This document shows positions 29,388 through 38,101 of a stretch of DNA of 64,000 nt, one piece after another; the stretch's first letter is position 1; each line of letters begins with the position of its first letter. The translations under genes and the position numbers were made by a program. This stretch comes from an uncultured virus (IMG/VR IMGVR_UViG_3300031669_000019) (Duplodnaviria > Heunggongvirae > Uroviricota > Caudoviricetes): the IMG/VR virus record IMGVR_UViG_3300031669_000019; one strand, given 5' to 3'. A model generated the notes under the pieces. The model was not told the origin of the DNA. It saw only the letters and a program-made list of their open reading frames with translations, and made no database searches.

Positions 29388-29798
29388 TCAGTTTTTTAAA
29401 TCTTTTGTGACTCCACTGTAAGAATGTGCCAATGCGGTTTTAATCGCTGAAGTAAAAGCCTGAATCTGAATGGCATCGGAATTATTTTTAAACCAATCTA
29501 CATTCATTTCCGGGTATTTATATTCACAAAACGTAGCACATAATTCGAGCGACAATTCAAAAGCAGATTTTATTTTGGCAGAACGCTCGCCCCTTATCTT
29601 CGATTGTTCCTCATTACTGAGCAACAATTCTTTTTCATCAAATTTCAATTCATCCAAAGAATATTTATTCAATTCCGCAATCAATGTATCTATCTTGAAT
29701 GTAATTCCGCAGGGAATAAAGGAAACGTCAATTTCCTTATTCCCCAAGCGGATCATTTTTGGTGGTAAACGCAGAACATCCAGGTCAATTACTTCCAT
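29388..29798 (-). CDS. Tail assembly chaperone (gpG-like)
   Basis: Between major tail and TMP; ends TTTAAAAAAC-TGA. Confidence 0.8.
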   Translation of the reverse strand: MEVIDLDVLRLPPKMIRLGNKEIDVSFIPCGITFKIDTLIAELNKYSLDELKFDEKELLLSNEEQSKIRGERSAKIKSAFELSLELCATFCEYKYPEMNVDWFKNNSDAIQIQAFTSAIKTALAHSYSGVTKDLKN

Positions 29799-29801
29799 GA
29801 T

Positions 29802-30347
29802 TTAAGCCACCGTCTTTGTGAAGATCGTCTGTGCAGTTGCGTACTGCTTGCAAAGTAAACTGAATTTATAGACGTTCATTGGATCAGTATCATTATCCGA
29901 TTTGGGAGTCATGCTAAATCCACCATTCATGAAAGCATTCTCAATAACATACGTGGTGGTCTGAGTAGAACCAGTAGCTAATTTCCTAGTATTCACCAAT
30001 TTTATTCCGCGTCCTGTCACGACATTGGTCTGGCCGCCAACTACCAACGAGCCGGAAGTTCCAACCAAAGCACCCCCGGATAAAATCGAGAACGATGAAC
30101 CATCATACTCAATCAAATCCATTCCCAGTGTCACTGTTTCTTTGGCAATACCCTGGATAGGATCAACTGAGTTTCCAGACTGAGAAGTATATGGATCGGC
30201 TGCATAAGCAAAATCCGTAACCATACCGGCACCCAGATTTACCCAAGCACCCCCCACTGTAGTACCTGCGGCAGAAGCCACATACATCGCGTAGTTTCCG
30301 ATTTCTATTTTAGCATCGGTTACGCTTGAATTCTGATAAATAGGCAT
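29802..30347 (-). CDS. Major tail tube protein
   Basis: Synteny; G/S/T-rich, 181 aa. Confidence 0.75.
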   Translation of the reverse strand: MPIYQNSSVTDAKIEIGNYAMYVASAAGTTVGGAWVNLGAGMVTDFAYAADPYTSQSGNSVDPIQGIAKETVTLGMDLIEYDGSSFSILSGGALVGTSGSLVVGGQTNVVTGRGIKLVNTRKLATGSTQTTTYVIENAFMNGGFSMTPKSDNDTDPMNVYKFSLLCKQYATAQTIFTKTVA

Positions 30348-30359
30348 TTCATTCTCCTT

Positions 30360-30761
30360 TTAACTTACTGATGACATTGGATATATAAATAAAATATCCA
30401 CAGGGGCATTCCAAATATTTTCCGTCGTCTCATAAATAGCACTTTGCATTTGTACTTCACTGGCACGACTGATTTCAAATCCATTCATGGAACCATAAAT
30501 ACCAGTACCTGATGTACCATTAAATAAATCATCAACCAATCGCGCTATTTGTATCGCCGTACCAACCGTGCTTGCCCGGCAATTGAAACTATATGTTGCA
30601 CTCTCAAATCCATTTTTTCTTTTTGTAGTCATCTCAAAATAATTTATACATGGCGTTATGGAAGCATCCGGGCGCTTCCCGTGATATATCCTGGTACTCA
30701 CTATCGCAGTAATTGCCGTGGCTTGATTCAATGACCAACCAACCATTTGTGCCGGGGTCAT
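30360..30761 (-). CDS. Tail terminator/completion protein
   Basis: IVSTRIY...P.I.Y pattern; synteny. Confidence 0.7.
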   Translation of the reverse strand: MTPAQMVGWSLNQATAITAIVSTRIYHGKRPDASITPCINYFEMTTKRKNGFESATYSFNCRASTVGTAIQIARLVDDLFNGTSGTGIYGSMNGFEISRASEVQMQSAIYETTENIWNAPVDILFIYPMSSVS

Positions 30762-31216
30762 TTCAAATACTCCTTGAAAACCATTCTGCCATTCTTTTCC
30801 AATACAGTCAGTTTTTTTCCTTTCGCCAAATCCAATGCTGGCCTAAGTGACGGCTGCGCATTTGATTTTATAGTTCCAAACTCCACGTGCGGCGCATAAT
30901 CGACTGCTGAACCAACCAATACTTGATTAGGATCGGTTGGCGCTTTTATTTTTCTGAATGTACTAACATCATGGTTAGCTGGAGGAGTTTCTTTTGCATA
31001 TTTTCCAGGGCTTTCCAATTCCGAACCTTTATCAAATGCTTGCGTATGGAAGCTTGCCGCCAAATAACCATAATTGACTGCCGATAATAATTTTGCTTCG
31101 CCTTCTACAATAAGCCCTAATTCAAATGAAGTCATCCCAGTGGCTTTTCTACCCATGATGGAAATTTCTTTTCCGTGCCATTGACTCTGTATGGTTACAC
31201 CCGGTTTAGCGCTCAT
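30758..31216 (-). CDS. HK97 gp10-like neck protein
   Basis: YAPHVEFGT...AQPSLRPA. Confidence 0.85.
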   Translation of the reverse strand: MSAKPGVTIQSQWHGKEISIMGRKATGMTSFELGLIVEGEAKLLSAVNYGYLAASFHTQAFDKGSELESPGKYAKETPPANHDVSTFRKIKAPTDPNQVLVGSAVDYAPHVEFGTIKSNAQPSLRPALDLAKGKKLTVLEKNGRMVFKEYLK

Positions 31217-31545
31217 AATATTTTATCCAATCCAACTACCATTATTTCATTCAAATTCATCACGTCGTCAAAACCAGTTATCGTATATGTTTCAGAATCA
31301 AATGCCACTTGACTATCATTTGTATTGAAAGAATAATAAGAAGGAATGGTCACCAATATATGACTGGAAACTTCTGCCATTTTATTTGATATATAGGAAC
31401 GGCTTTGACTCGGACTCCAAATTGATGCTTTCGGTAAACCAGTTATCACTGTGGTTGTAGAAACGCCGCCCATCCCATCGGGCGTTTCAGTTTTGCGTAT
31501 TACCGTGACCACCGAACCCACAAGGGTCAGAAAATCTTCAAGCAT
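31213..31545 (-). CDS. Head closure protein (SPP1 gp16-like)
   Basis: PDGMGG motif; synteny. Confidence 0.75.
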   Translation of the reverse strand: MLEDFLTLVGSVVTVIRKTETPDGMGGVSTTTVITGLPKASIWSPSQSRSYISNKMAEVSSHILVTIPSYYSFNTNDSQVAFDSETYTITGFDDVMNLNEIMVVGLDKIL

Positions 31546-32120
31546 CAGTATACCCGCCCTATAAAATAATTATCCATAAGAACATTTGTAAGTTTTTTAG
31601 GATAGCCATAATCATCTTTTTCACCATCGGTATACGATTCCGATAATGGCCCAAGTGATCTTGATTTTAAATTAGTTGCAACTTTATCTCTAATATCATA
31701 ATCAAATGCACACATCTTGGCAGCCGCAACTTTTACATCCAACGGCCAATTTACTACCGATATTATTATTGTCCTGGAAGACAATTCATCTTTTACAACC
31801 GAACCTGCTATCAATGTCAACGTTTTATCCGAAACGGAATCGATAGTATAATACCCATCATTGCGATAAGAATTGAAAACATAAATATCATCCGAAGCCG
31901 TGAAGTTTTTATCTGTGAAAGGATTCCCTTCAGCAATGATTGTTCTGGCCGTTGCATTGAAAGTCATCGTATCGGTAACGTCCAGATCAGTAAGAAAATA
32001 ATTATTCAGCATCATGGTGATTCGTGCTTGCACGACCGGGATCAGATTTTTACTTATTATTGTTGCGGCAGAAGCGCTTATATTGGAATAGATTGTACAT
32101 TCGGTTGCCGACAGTATCAT
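31545..32120 (-). CDS. Head-tail adaptor
   Basis: WPLDVKVAA...KSRSLGPLSESY; GGAGG before ATG 32120. Confidence 0.7.
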   Translation of the reverse strand: MILSATECTIYSNISASAATIISKNLIPVVQARITMMLNNYFLTDLDVTDTMTFNATARTIIAEGNPFTDKNFTASDDIYVFNSYRNDGYYTIDSVSDKTLTLIAGSVVKDELSSRTIIISVVNWPLDVKVAAAKMCAFDYDIRDKVATNLKSRSLGPLSESYTDGEKDDYGYPKKLTNVLMDNYFIGRVY

Positions 32121-32201
32121 ACATGCCTCCGCAATATAAAACAAGGAAGGAATGATTTATTTTTAAATAGTTTCATTTTCCATTCCTTCCTTGTACTTAG
32201 A

Positions 32202-32591
32202 TCATGGCAGCATAAAGGCGGTAACATAGCACGTGGCCGCCGTAGTAATGGTAAACTCAAACTGTTCATCGGAATCCAGGAACCTGGCAGACTCGAACGA
32301 TACACCACCGAACACACGATGGAATCCCGCCGTACCAGCCGTGGCAATAGTAAGTGCAGCTGCATCGCCCTGATTTATTTCAGAGAAATTATCACCAGCA
32401 TTGAGCGTGGCAATAAACGAAGCAGTAGAAGAATAATTTTCAAAAACAACCACCAGTTTAGACGAATCAAGCGCGGACTGCGCCGTGGTATGGTCTATAA
32501 TGATAGTCGAGGTTGAACCACCCGTGTCAGTGCGGGTAATGGATGCGCCGGTATATAACGGCGTAACCGGATTGACAGTCATGCTTCCCAT
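32202..32591 (-). CDS. Probable capsid decoration / virion protein
   Basis: Directly after MCP; T/S/A-rich. Confidence 0.55.
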   Translation of the reverse strand: MGSMTVNPVTPLYTGASITRTDTGGSTSTIIIDHTTAQSALDSSKLVVVFENYSSTASFIATLNAGDNFSEINQGDAAALTIATAGTAGFHRVFGGVSFESARFLDSDEQFEFTITTAATCYVTAFMLP

Positions 32592-32606
32592 TTCATGCTC
32601 CTTTCA

Positions 32607-33473
32607 TCAGCCCGCAACTTCGGTTAAATGGAGGCAGGCCAGTGCGTTCGGGCGAACTACTTTGGCTCCATATACATATAATCCCTTGACGCCTTCGCCA
32701 AATGAATCCTGTAACTCAACGGACTTTATTTTTGAAATCTGCCCGGCATAGGAAATAGCCTGACGGTTTCCGGCAAGGATGGCGGAAACGGAAGTGGCAG
32801 AATCCTGAACGTTATTGGAAACCATGAAATTAAAACCGAGCGCCTGCCCAACAAATCCAGCAGTCAGAGCACCGTTGTCAAACACCTTCGGAACGGCCGT
32901 GGCAGAAATGCCGCCAATTTCGGCAAGCAGCATTTTCTGGTGCAGCCAAGGCGGAACGATCATCCAGCGATTGGCCTGCGGTACGTTTTTCTCGGAAAGA
33001 TACCGTCCAGCATAAGATAAAGTCAGAATCACGTTGCCAGACGAAACAGAAATTGCCGCTGCGCTGGAACCCATATACGTGGTATTGGTGACACCAGCCT
33101 GGGCATATAGCCCTAAAATAAACTGATCGATTTCATCAGCCACCGCATAAGCAGCTTCATCCATAGCGCCATTCATAAGCTTCGGGTGCACCTGAGCAGT
33201 ATCGATATCGTCAACTTTGAAGCTGAACGATTTCGCCTGATCAATAATAAGTTCCTTCTGCGCGGACGAAAGTTCCGCCCACGTCAAAGTACCGAATTTA
33301 GTATAATCCGATACGGTGATGGGGCCAATCTCATTGATCTTTACCCTGTCACCAAAATTGGTTATTTCACCTTCATAATCGGTATTCACTACCGTGGCGG
33401 CCACCAGCTGCTTGCGAAGTCTAACAAAAAGTTTAGACGACCAAATAGCAGGGATAAAATGTTCTACACTCAT
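32607..33473 (-). CDS. Major capsid protein
   Basis: FIPAIWS, DYEGEI..GDRVKI, IDQAK.F.F.VDD, GLYVYGAKVVRP. Confidence 0.92.
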   Translation of the reverse strand: MSVEHFIPAIWSSKLFVRLRKQLVAATVVNTDYEGEITNFGDRVKINEIGPITVSDYTKFGTLTWAELSSAQKELIIDQAKSFSFKVDDIDTAQVHPKLMNGAMDEAAYAVADEIDQFILGLYAQAGVTNTTYMGSSAAAISVSSGNVILTLSYAGRYLSEKNVPQANRWMIVPPWLHQKMLLAEIGGISATAVPKVFDNGALTAGFVGQALGFNFMVSNNVQDSATSVSAILAGNRQAISYAGQISKIKSVELQDSFGEGVKGLYVYGAKVVRPNALACLHLTEVAG

Positions 33474-33491
33474 GCCTTTTCTCCTTTTTTA

Positions 33492-34133
33492 TCAATCTTC
33501 CAATTGCTCATCTAGTTTACCGTCCATTTCCATTTTAATCATTTCATTTTCTGATAATTTACTCAAATCAACCTTACCCTGCTTATTGTGGTCATCGCTA
33601 GGATTAGGTTTATAACCGTTTGCCAATAATTCATTCGTTTTGTTTTTAATTATTTCATCATTGAAATTCTTTATCTTCTGGAGGAACAATTCACCAACTT
33701 CCAAACTAGGCGGGACATAATCATCAATAAAGAACGGTTTGATTCCCAAGGCCGCTGCCTTTTCTACTATCTGCCGCTTCAACTGATCCTGTGCGCGATC
33801 AGCTTCCAGCTTCTTGGCATTTTCCTCAAGCTCCTGTACCTTTATTTCCAACGGCGATTTCTCTGGATTAAGTTTCAGCAGCTCGGAAGCTACACGCTTT
33901 TTAACTTCATTTTCCAAAACCAATTCATGTGCTTTATCACGGGTTTGCACCGCTTTGGTCGTGGCTTTGTCAATCAGCGGCTGCACTAAAGTTTTACCGT
34001 CATCCGTTTTCAGAAATTCGCCAACCTGGTCGGCGGTGATAACTTGTTCCGGTGAAAGCTCTGCCAAAAATGCCTTGGTCTCTACGTCGTCTTTTGTTTC
34101 GTTCAGAAACGCCTTGATTTCTTCGATGGTCAT
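33492..34133 (-). CDS. Capsid scaffolding protein
   Basis: Charged coiled coil directly upstream of MCP. Confidence 0.75.
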   Translation of the reverse strand: MTIEEIKAFLNETKDDVETKAFLAELSPEQVITADQVGEFLKTDDGKTLVQPLIDKATTKAVQTRDKAHELVLENEVKKRVASELLKLNPEKSPLEIKVQELEENAKKLEADRAQDQLKRQIVEKAAALGIKPFFIDDYVPPSLEVGELFLQKIKNFNDEIIKNKTNELLANGYKPNPSDDHNKQGKVDLSKLSENEMIKMEMDGKLDEQLED

Positions 34134-34405
34134 TTGTTCTTCCTTTTGTCCTTGCTGTTTGCCTTTTTAGCCACCGGCAAGTCCGTATGTATTTTTTTAG
34201 GGCGACCACGCCCACGCTTTTCTATGTGCTGAACCTCGACAACCTTTTTTACATGGTCAACGTCAATAGGTTTCGGCACAACATGATTTATAACAACTTT
34301 CTTTTCTGTGATTGGTTTCGGCTCCTTGATGCTCGTCCCGATATTGCCAAGCGATGCCTGACGCCGTTCGCGTGCTTCAAGTTTCCTTTGCCGTTCTTTA
34401 TTCAT
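34130..34405 (-). CDS. Small basic protein with AT-hook-like KRGRGRPKK
   Basis: Motif present; coupled to the scaffold gene. Confidence 0.6.
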   Translation of the reverse strand: MNKERQRKLEARERRQASLGNIGTSIKEPKPITEKKVVINHVVPKPIDVDHVKKVVEVQHIEKRGRGRPKKIHTDLPVAKKANSKDKRKNK

Positions 34406-34434
34406 TTAATTCTTTCTCCTTTTTTCTCGATAAA

Positions 34435-34497
34435 TAAAAAGAGGACACGAACAACAAGACTTCGGGTTTTGCCCTTGATCCCGTTATTCATGCCCTC
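34435..34497 (-). terminator. Long G-U-rich hairpin with U-tract ahead of the head operon
   Basis: GAGGGCATGAATAACGGGAT pairs with GTCTTGTTGTTCGTGTCCTC fully only on the - strand; TTTTT follows. Confidence 0.6.
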
Positions 34498-34578
34498 TCC
34501 GGTTTTCCGGTTGAGTAACATTTAACTATATATATATTATAACATAAAACATAAAAATAATCTATAACCTATCGAAAT

Positions 34579-34668
34579 AGGTCAAAACAAGGGGCATCCA
34601 AGCCCAGTCCTATACTTTACCCGGATTCGGCTAGCAAACCTTGTCACACATTTATCTTAATAGCACAA
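34579..34668 (+). repeat. Dispersed conserved element, copy 2
   Basis: TATACTTTACCCGG...AAACCTTGTCACACATTTATCTTAATAGCACAA. Confidence 0.85.
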
Positions 34669-34863
34669 TCACCGATTACTGACGGTGGGCAGCGGGATAT
34701 GCTCGCTGTCCATGCTGTTTTTCTTGACATCCGTCACGCAGCCCCTGGTTACCGTAAATACTATCGATACTTCACCATAATCCTTTTTGGTCAATTCTTT
34801 TCTGACCCAATCCAGGTAACTTTCTATTGACGTTCCAGTAGTACTCATTATTCTATCAGCCAT
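34669..34863 (-). CDS. small hypothetical protein
   Basis: YGEVSIVFTV..G.V pattern. Confidence 0.55.
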   Translation of the reverse strand: MADRIMSTTGTSIESYLDWVRKELTKKDYGEVSIVFTVTRGCVTDVKKNSMDSEHIPLPTVSNR

Positions 34864-34864
34864 T

Positions 34865-35374
34865 TCATTTCCCCCTTAATTCTTTTATTGATTCAATTGC
34901 GTATTTCATCCGCCTGCTATCCAATATAATATCCCGTCCAGTATCTATCATATGCAATTCATCATTATCAAAACCGGCATAAGATAATTCCAATAATAAA
35001 GTTGATTTCTCTTCATCCAAATGCTTTTTAGAAAATGTAGCATAGGACACTGGATCTTGCGCCATTCTGTAATTCAATTCATTACTTATTAAATGTATAA
35101 TGGCAAATGCACCTTCATTGATTATTACTTTACATTTAACATTGCATAAAAAGAAAAAAGCCGCGCTGGAACATTCCCAATCTATTATAATTGTAAACCT
35201 ATCGCAATTGTTTCTATTGATATAATCTGCTAATTGATGTGCATTAGTATTATCACCGCCCATAGAGCAAAAATATAAAATAATTTCTTCATCTTTGTTT
35301 ATGATATCTATTTCCTTGAATAAATTCTTTATTGCCGTATCCGTCAATTCATCATCAAATTTAATTGCTTTCAT
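34865..35374 (-). CDS. ClpP-like protease
   Basis: LYFCSMGGD, CSSAA (nucleophile Ser), AIIH (His). Confidence 0.65.
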   Translation of the reverse strand: MKAIKFDDELTDTAIKNLFKEIDIINKDEEIILYFCSMGGDNTNAHQLADYINRNNCDRFTIIIDWECSSAAFFFLCNVKCKVIINEGAFAIIHLISNELNYRMAQDPVSYATFSKKHLDEEKSTLLLELSYAGFDNDELHMIDTGRDIILDSRRMKYAIESIKELRGK

Positions 35375-35511
35375 TTAGCTTTCTTGCCCTTCTTTTTCTT
35401 AGCCTTGCTCATTGCTATAGCCACGGCCTGCTTAACCGGCTTACCTGATTTAACTTCGGTAGCAATATTTTCTGATATTACTTTTTTGCTTCGGCCTTTT
35501 TTAAGTGGCAT
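35371..35511 (-). CDS. 46-aa basic protein MPLKKGRSKKVISENI... (not in ORF track)
   Basis: AAGGAG RBS; stop overlaps next ATG. Confidence 0.75.
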   Translation of the reverse strand: MPLKKGRSKKVISENIATEVKSGKPVKQAVAIAMSKAKKKKGKKAK

Positions 35512-35575
35512 ATTATTCTCCTTTTAATTCGTAGTCAGATAATTTGAGCATTTATTTTATGCACTTTTTACTTAA

Positions 35576-35758
35576 TTAAATTTTCCCTGTCAAATTAGGA
35601 TGACGAGCGATCAATCCTTTTTTCCAAGCATGTATACTAGAATTATTAGCTCCGGCCTGCCTTCTTTTAATCATGACATTTCTAGCAGCAGTAGCCTGCT
35701 CTTTGGTTTTACCTTTGCTCCCACCACTCTTTTTCCTACCGCTTCCTGGTCCACCCAT
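35576..35758 (-). CDS. Small basic protein, MGGPGSGRKK family, copy 3
   Basis: AAGGAG RBS; shared N-terminus. Confidence 0.75.
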   Translation of the reverse strand: MGGPGSGRKKSGGSKGKTKEQATAARNVMIKRRQAGANNSSIHAWKKGLIARHPNLTGKI

Positions 35759-36003
35759 TTTATGCTCCTTTACTCGAAATGAAATTTATTTCTACATATA
35801 AATAAACCACCAGCGCCATTATAATGATTTCCAAAAATAGTTATAAATTCATCAGAATAATCTACAATTTTACTTTTTCCGCACTCAGGGGCATACTAAA
35901 TTTCGTTTTAATGCGCTTTGTACTATTCTACGTTTATTTACATCAATATGTAATTTATCTTGATCAGCATTTAAAATAATATTTAATGGTAACGGATTAT
36001 CTA

Positions 36004-36303
36004 TCATTTATTGCCTGTAATAATTTTTTTACCAGCTTCCAATTGTGCTGCAACTATACTTTTTGCAGAATTAAATCTTTTAGAATCATTTTTTATTTCT
36101 TCAGCTTGCATTAATGTCCGTGCATCATTTTCTTCCTGCCATCTTTTATCAGATGCCGTCACTTTCATTGATAACGGCGCTGGCACTTTACTAACTTTAT
36201 TTTTTACTTTTGCTTTATTAGCTTTATTACTAGATTCCTTTTTAGTTTCTTTTTTAACGACCTTGGCAGATTTTATATTTTTTGACCCTTTTTTAGTTAC
36301 CAT
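36004..36303 (-). CDS. Lys-rich small protein
   Basis: AAGGAG RBS; WQEENDARTL..AEEIK.D.KR. Confidence 0.65.
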   Translation of the reverse strand: MVTKKGSKNIKSAKVVKKETKKESSNKANKAKVKNKVSKVPAPLSMKVTASDKRWQEENDARTLMQAEEIKNDSKRFNSAKSIVAAQLEAGKKIITGNK

Positions 36304-36320
36304 AATGTTCTATACTCCTT

Positions 36321-37256
36321 TTATTTCTTTAACCATTCTGGATGCCACTCTTTGGCATACTCAGAAAACGTTTGATACGGAATAATGCCTTCTTCTCTAG
36401 TCCTCATTAACTGTGGTGAATATCCGGTTATTTGAAATCGTTCTCTACAACGGCAATTAATTGATTCTTCTGCCGACAAGTTTGGGTCCAACGGGTATTC
36501 CGCAATAAAATCTTTTGTATGAAACAAACCATCAGCACTTTTTATGGTACCATCAGCACGGCCATGGGATGCCCTTGTCCTAATATCTTTTGTAGCATCC
36601 CAAATAATATCGCCTTCAATACCTTTTTCTCTTGCACGTAAATAAGCGTCATCCTGGCCACGGCTTATAGCCCGCTGCCCTTCTGTCCTTAATATCCGTA
36701 ATGCTTCAAATGCAGTTTTATTCAAAGCAGCTTTAATATCATTAACCATTTCCGTATAGCCTTTGCCACGGGATAGGTTTTTTAATAGTGCGTTTCTAAT
36801 ATATTTTTTAGCACTCGGACCATAATTATGTAATGCTTCTTTTAATTCAATATTCTTTGGGTTAGTAATATCGAAGGCAGCCTGTACCGCTTTGGTATCG
36901 ACTATGCCCCAAGCCAATCGTACACCATTACCATTATCCATTGCCCAGGCATAATTAAAAAATGATGCATTATATTGTTCCGGTAACATATATTTAATCG
37001 TTTTAATATTAGCGGCTATTGCTGGATTAATTAATTTAAGCATCTGCGTTTCCATCGTAATATATTTATTGTACTTGGTCATCTCGGCTCTAGTCAATAA
37101 TCCCTTTACGGAATATTTATCATAGAGCCTGGACAATTCACCACGAATGGAAAGCAAAGCATCCGCCAAAGCCTTTTGTACTTGTTTTTCATACAGGCTT
37201 TGGCGGTGTTCGAGGACGGCTAATGCTTTTAATTCGTAGTCAGATAATTTAGGCAT
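36321..37256 (-). CDS. Minor head protein (SPP1 gp7 / MuF family)
   Basis: RILRTE, W.AT.D.RTR.SH...DG, INCRC. Confidence 0.9.
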   Translation of the reverse strand: MPKLSDYELKALAVLEHRQSLYEKQVQKALADALLSIRGELSRLYDKYSVKGLLTRAEMTKYNKYITMETQMLKLINPAIAANIKTIKYMLPEQYNASFFNYAWAMDNGNGVRLAWGIVDTKAVQAAFDITNPKNIELKEALHNYGPSAKKYIRNALLKNLSRGKGYTEMVNDIKAALNKTAFEALRILRTEGQRAISRGQDDAYLRAREKGIEGDIIWDATKDIRTRASHGRADGTIKSADGLFHTKDFIAEYPLDPNLSAEESINCRCRERFQITGYSPQLMRTREEGIIPYQTFSEYAKEWHPEWLKK

Positions 37257-37262
37257 CTAGTA

Positions 37263-37511
37263 TCACAATCCTTTACTATTATAATTTAATTTTGCCTTAG
37301 TTCTATAACGCTCACCGCGCTTCGCATTTTTTAACGCAACTTTACCTTTCTTCCCTTTTAAACTTTTATTCCCCGAGGACATTAAATTTTTTACTGTACT
37401 TACCGGGGCATTTTTAAAAGCTAATGGCTTCTTTAAATTCGCTTTTAATGTTTTCTCACCGCCGCTTTTCTTTCCTCCGCCTTTCTTCCTTCCGCTTCCT
37501 GGTCCACCCAT
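37263..37511 (-). CDS. Small basic protein, MGGPGSGRKK family, copy 2
   Basis: AAGGAG RBS; shared N-terminus. Confidence 0.75.
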   Translation of the reverse strand: MGGPGSGRKKGGGKKSGGEKTLKANLKKPLAFKNAPVSTVKNLMSSGNKSLKGKKGKVALKNAKRGERYRTKAKLNYNSKGL

Positions 37512-37661
37512 GTTAGTCTCCTTCTTTTGATAGTTCTATTTTTGCCAATATCCGGCAATCCGTTTTATCCTTCTGCCAATCGCATTTATTACAATCCAAT
37601 TTACAAGCATTAATAAACAATTCATTATGGGCTAACTTTTTTAATTCGTCTTTACTAGGAA

Positions 37662-37877
37662 TCATTTAACTGCCCTGCGTAAAGATAACCGCTCTTTTTT
37701 ACTCATATGCTCTTTAGGATTAAGAACCGGCTGAGCCAATTTAGTTATGATAATCTTCTGCCCACATTTAGGGCAATAAGTAAATCTACCTAACGTAGTA
37801 TAAATCAAAGCCTTTTCATCTGGAGTAAATACAGCGCCACATAATTTATATGGGCAATTGATTTTCTCTAAAAACAT
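37662..37877 (-). CDS. Zn-ribbon protein
   Basis: CPYKLC...CPKC. Confidence 0.6.
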   Translation of the reverse strand: MFLEKINCPYKLCGAVFTPDEKALIYTTLGRFTYCPKCGQKIIITKLAQPVLNPKEHMSKKERLSLRRAVK

Positions 37878-37894
37878 TTTATTGTTTATCTCCT

Positions 37895-38101
37895 TTACTC
37901 GTTTAACATTTTGCTTAATTCATCATAACCGCGTTTTAATTTACTTTCCAACTCGGCTATACCGTTTTCATTTAAAACTTTTAATTTTAAAGCTGCTTCA
38001 TATTTATTTATTAAATTAATTTGCTCTTTACGCATTGAAGTTAATTCTATCTCTTGCTTCTTTAAATTCTCTACTTTATTTGTCACCCTGTCACTTAACA
38101 T
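37895..38101 (-). CDS. hypothetical coiled-coil protein
   Basis: Coupled to the portal stop. Confidence 0.55.
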   Translation of the reverse strand: MLSDRVTNKVENLKKQEIELTSMRKEQINLINKYEAALKLKVLNENGIAELESKLKRGYDELSKMLNE

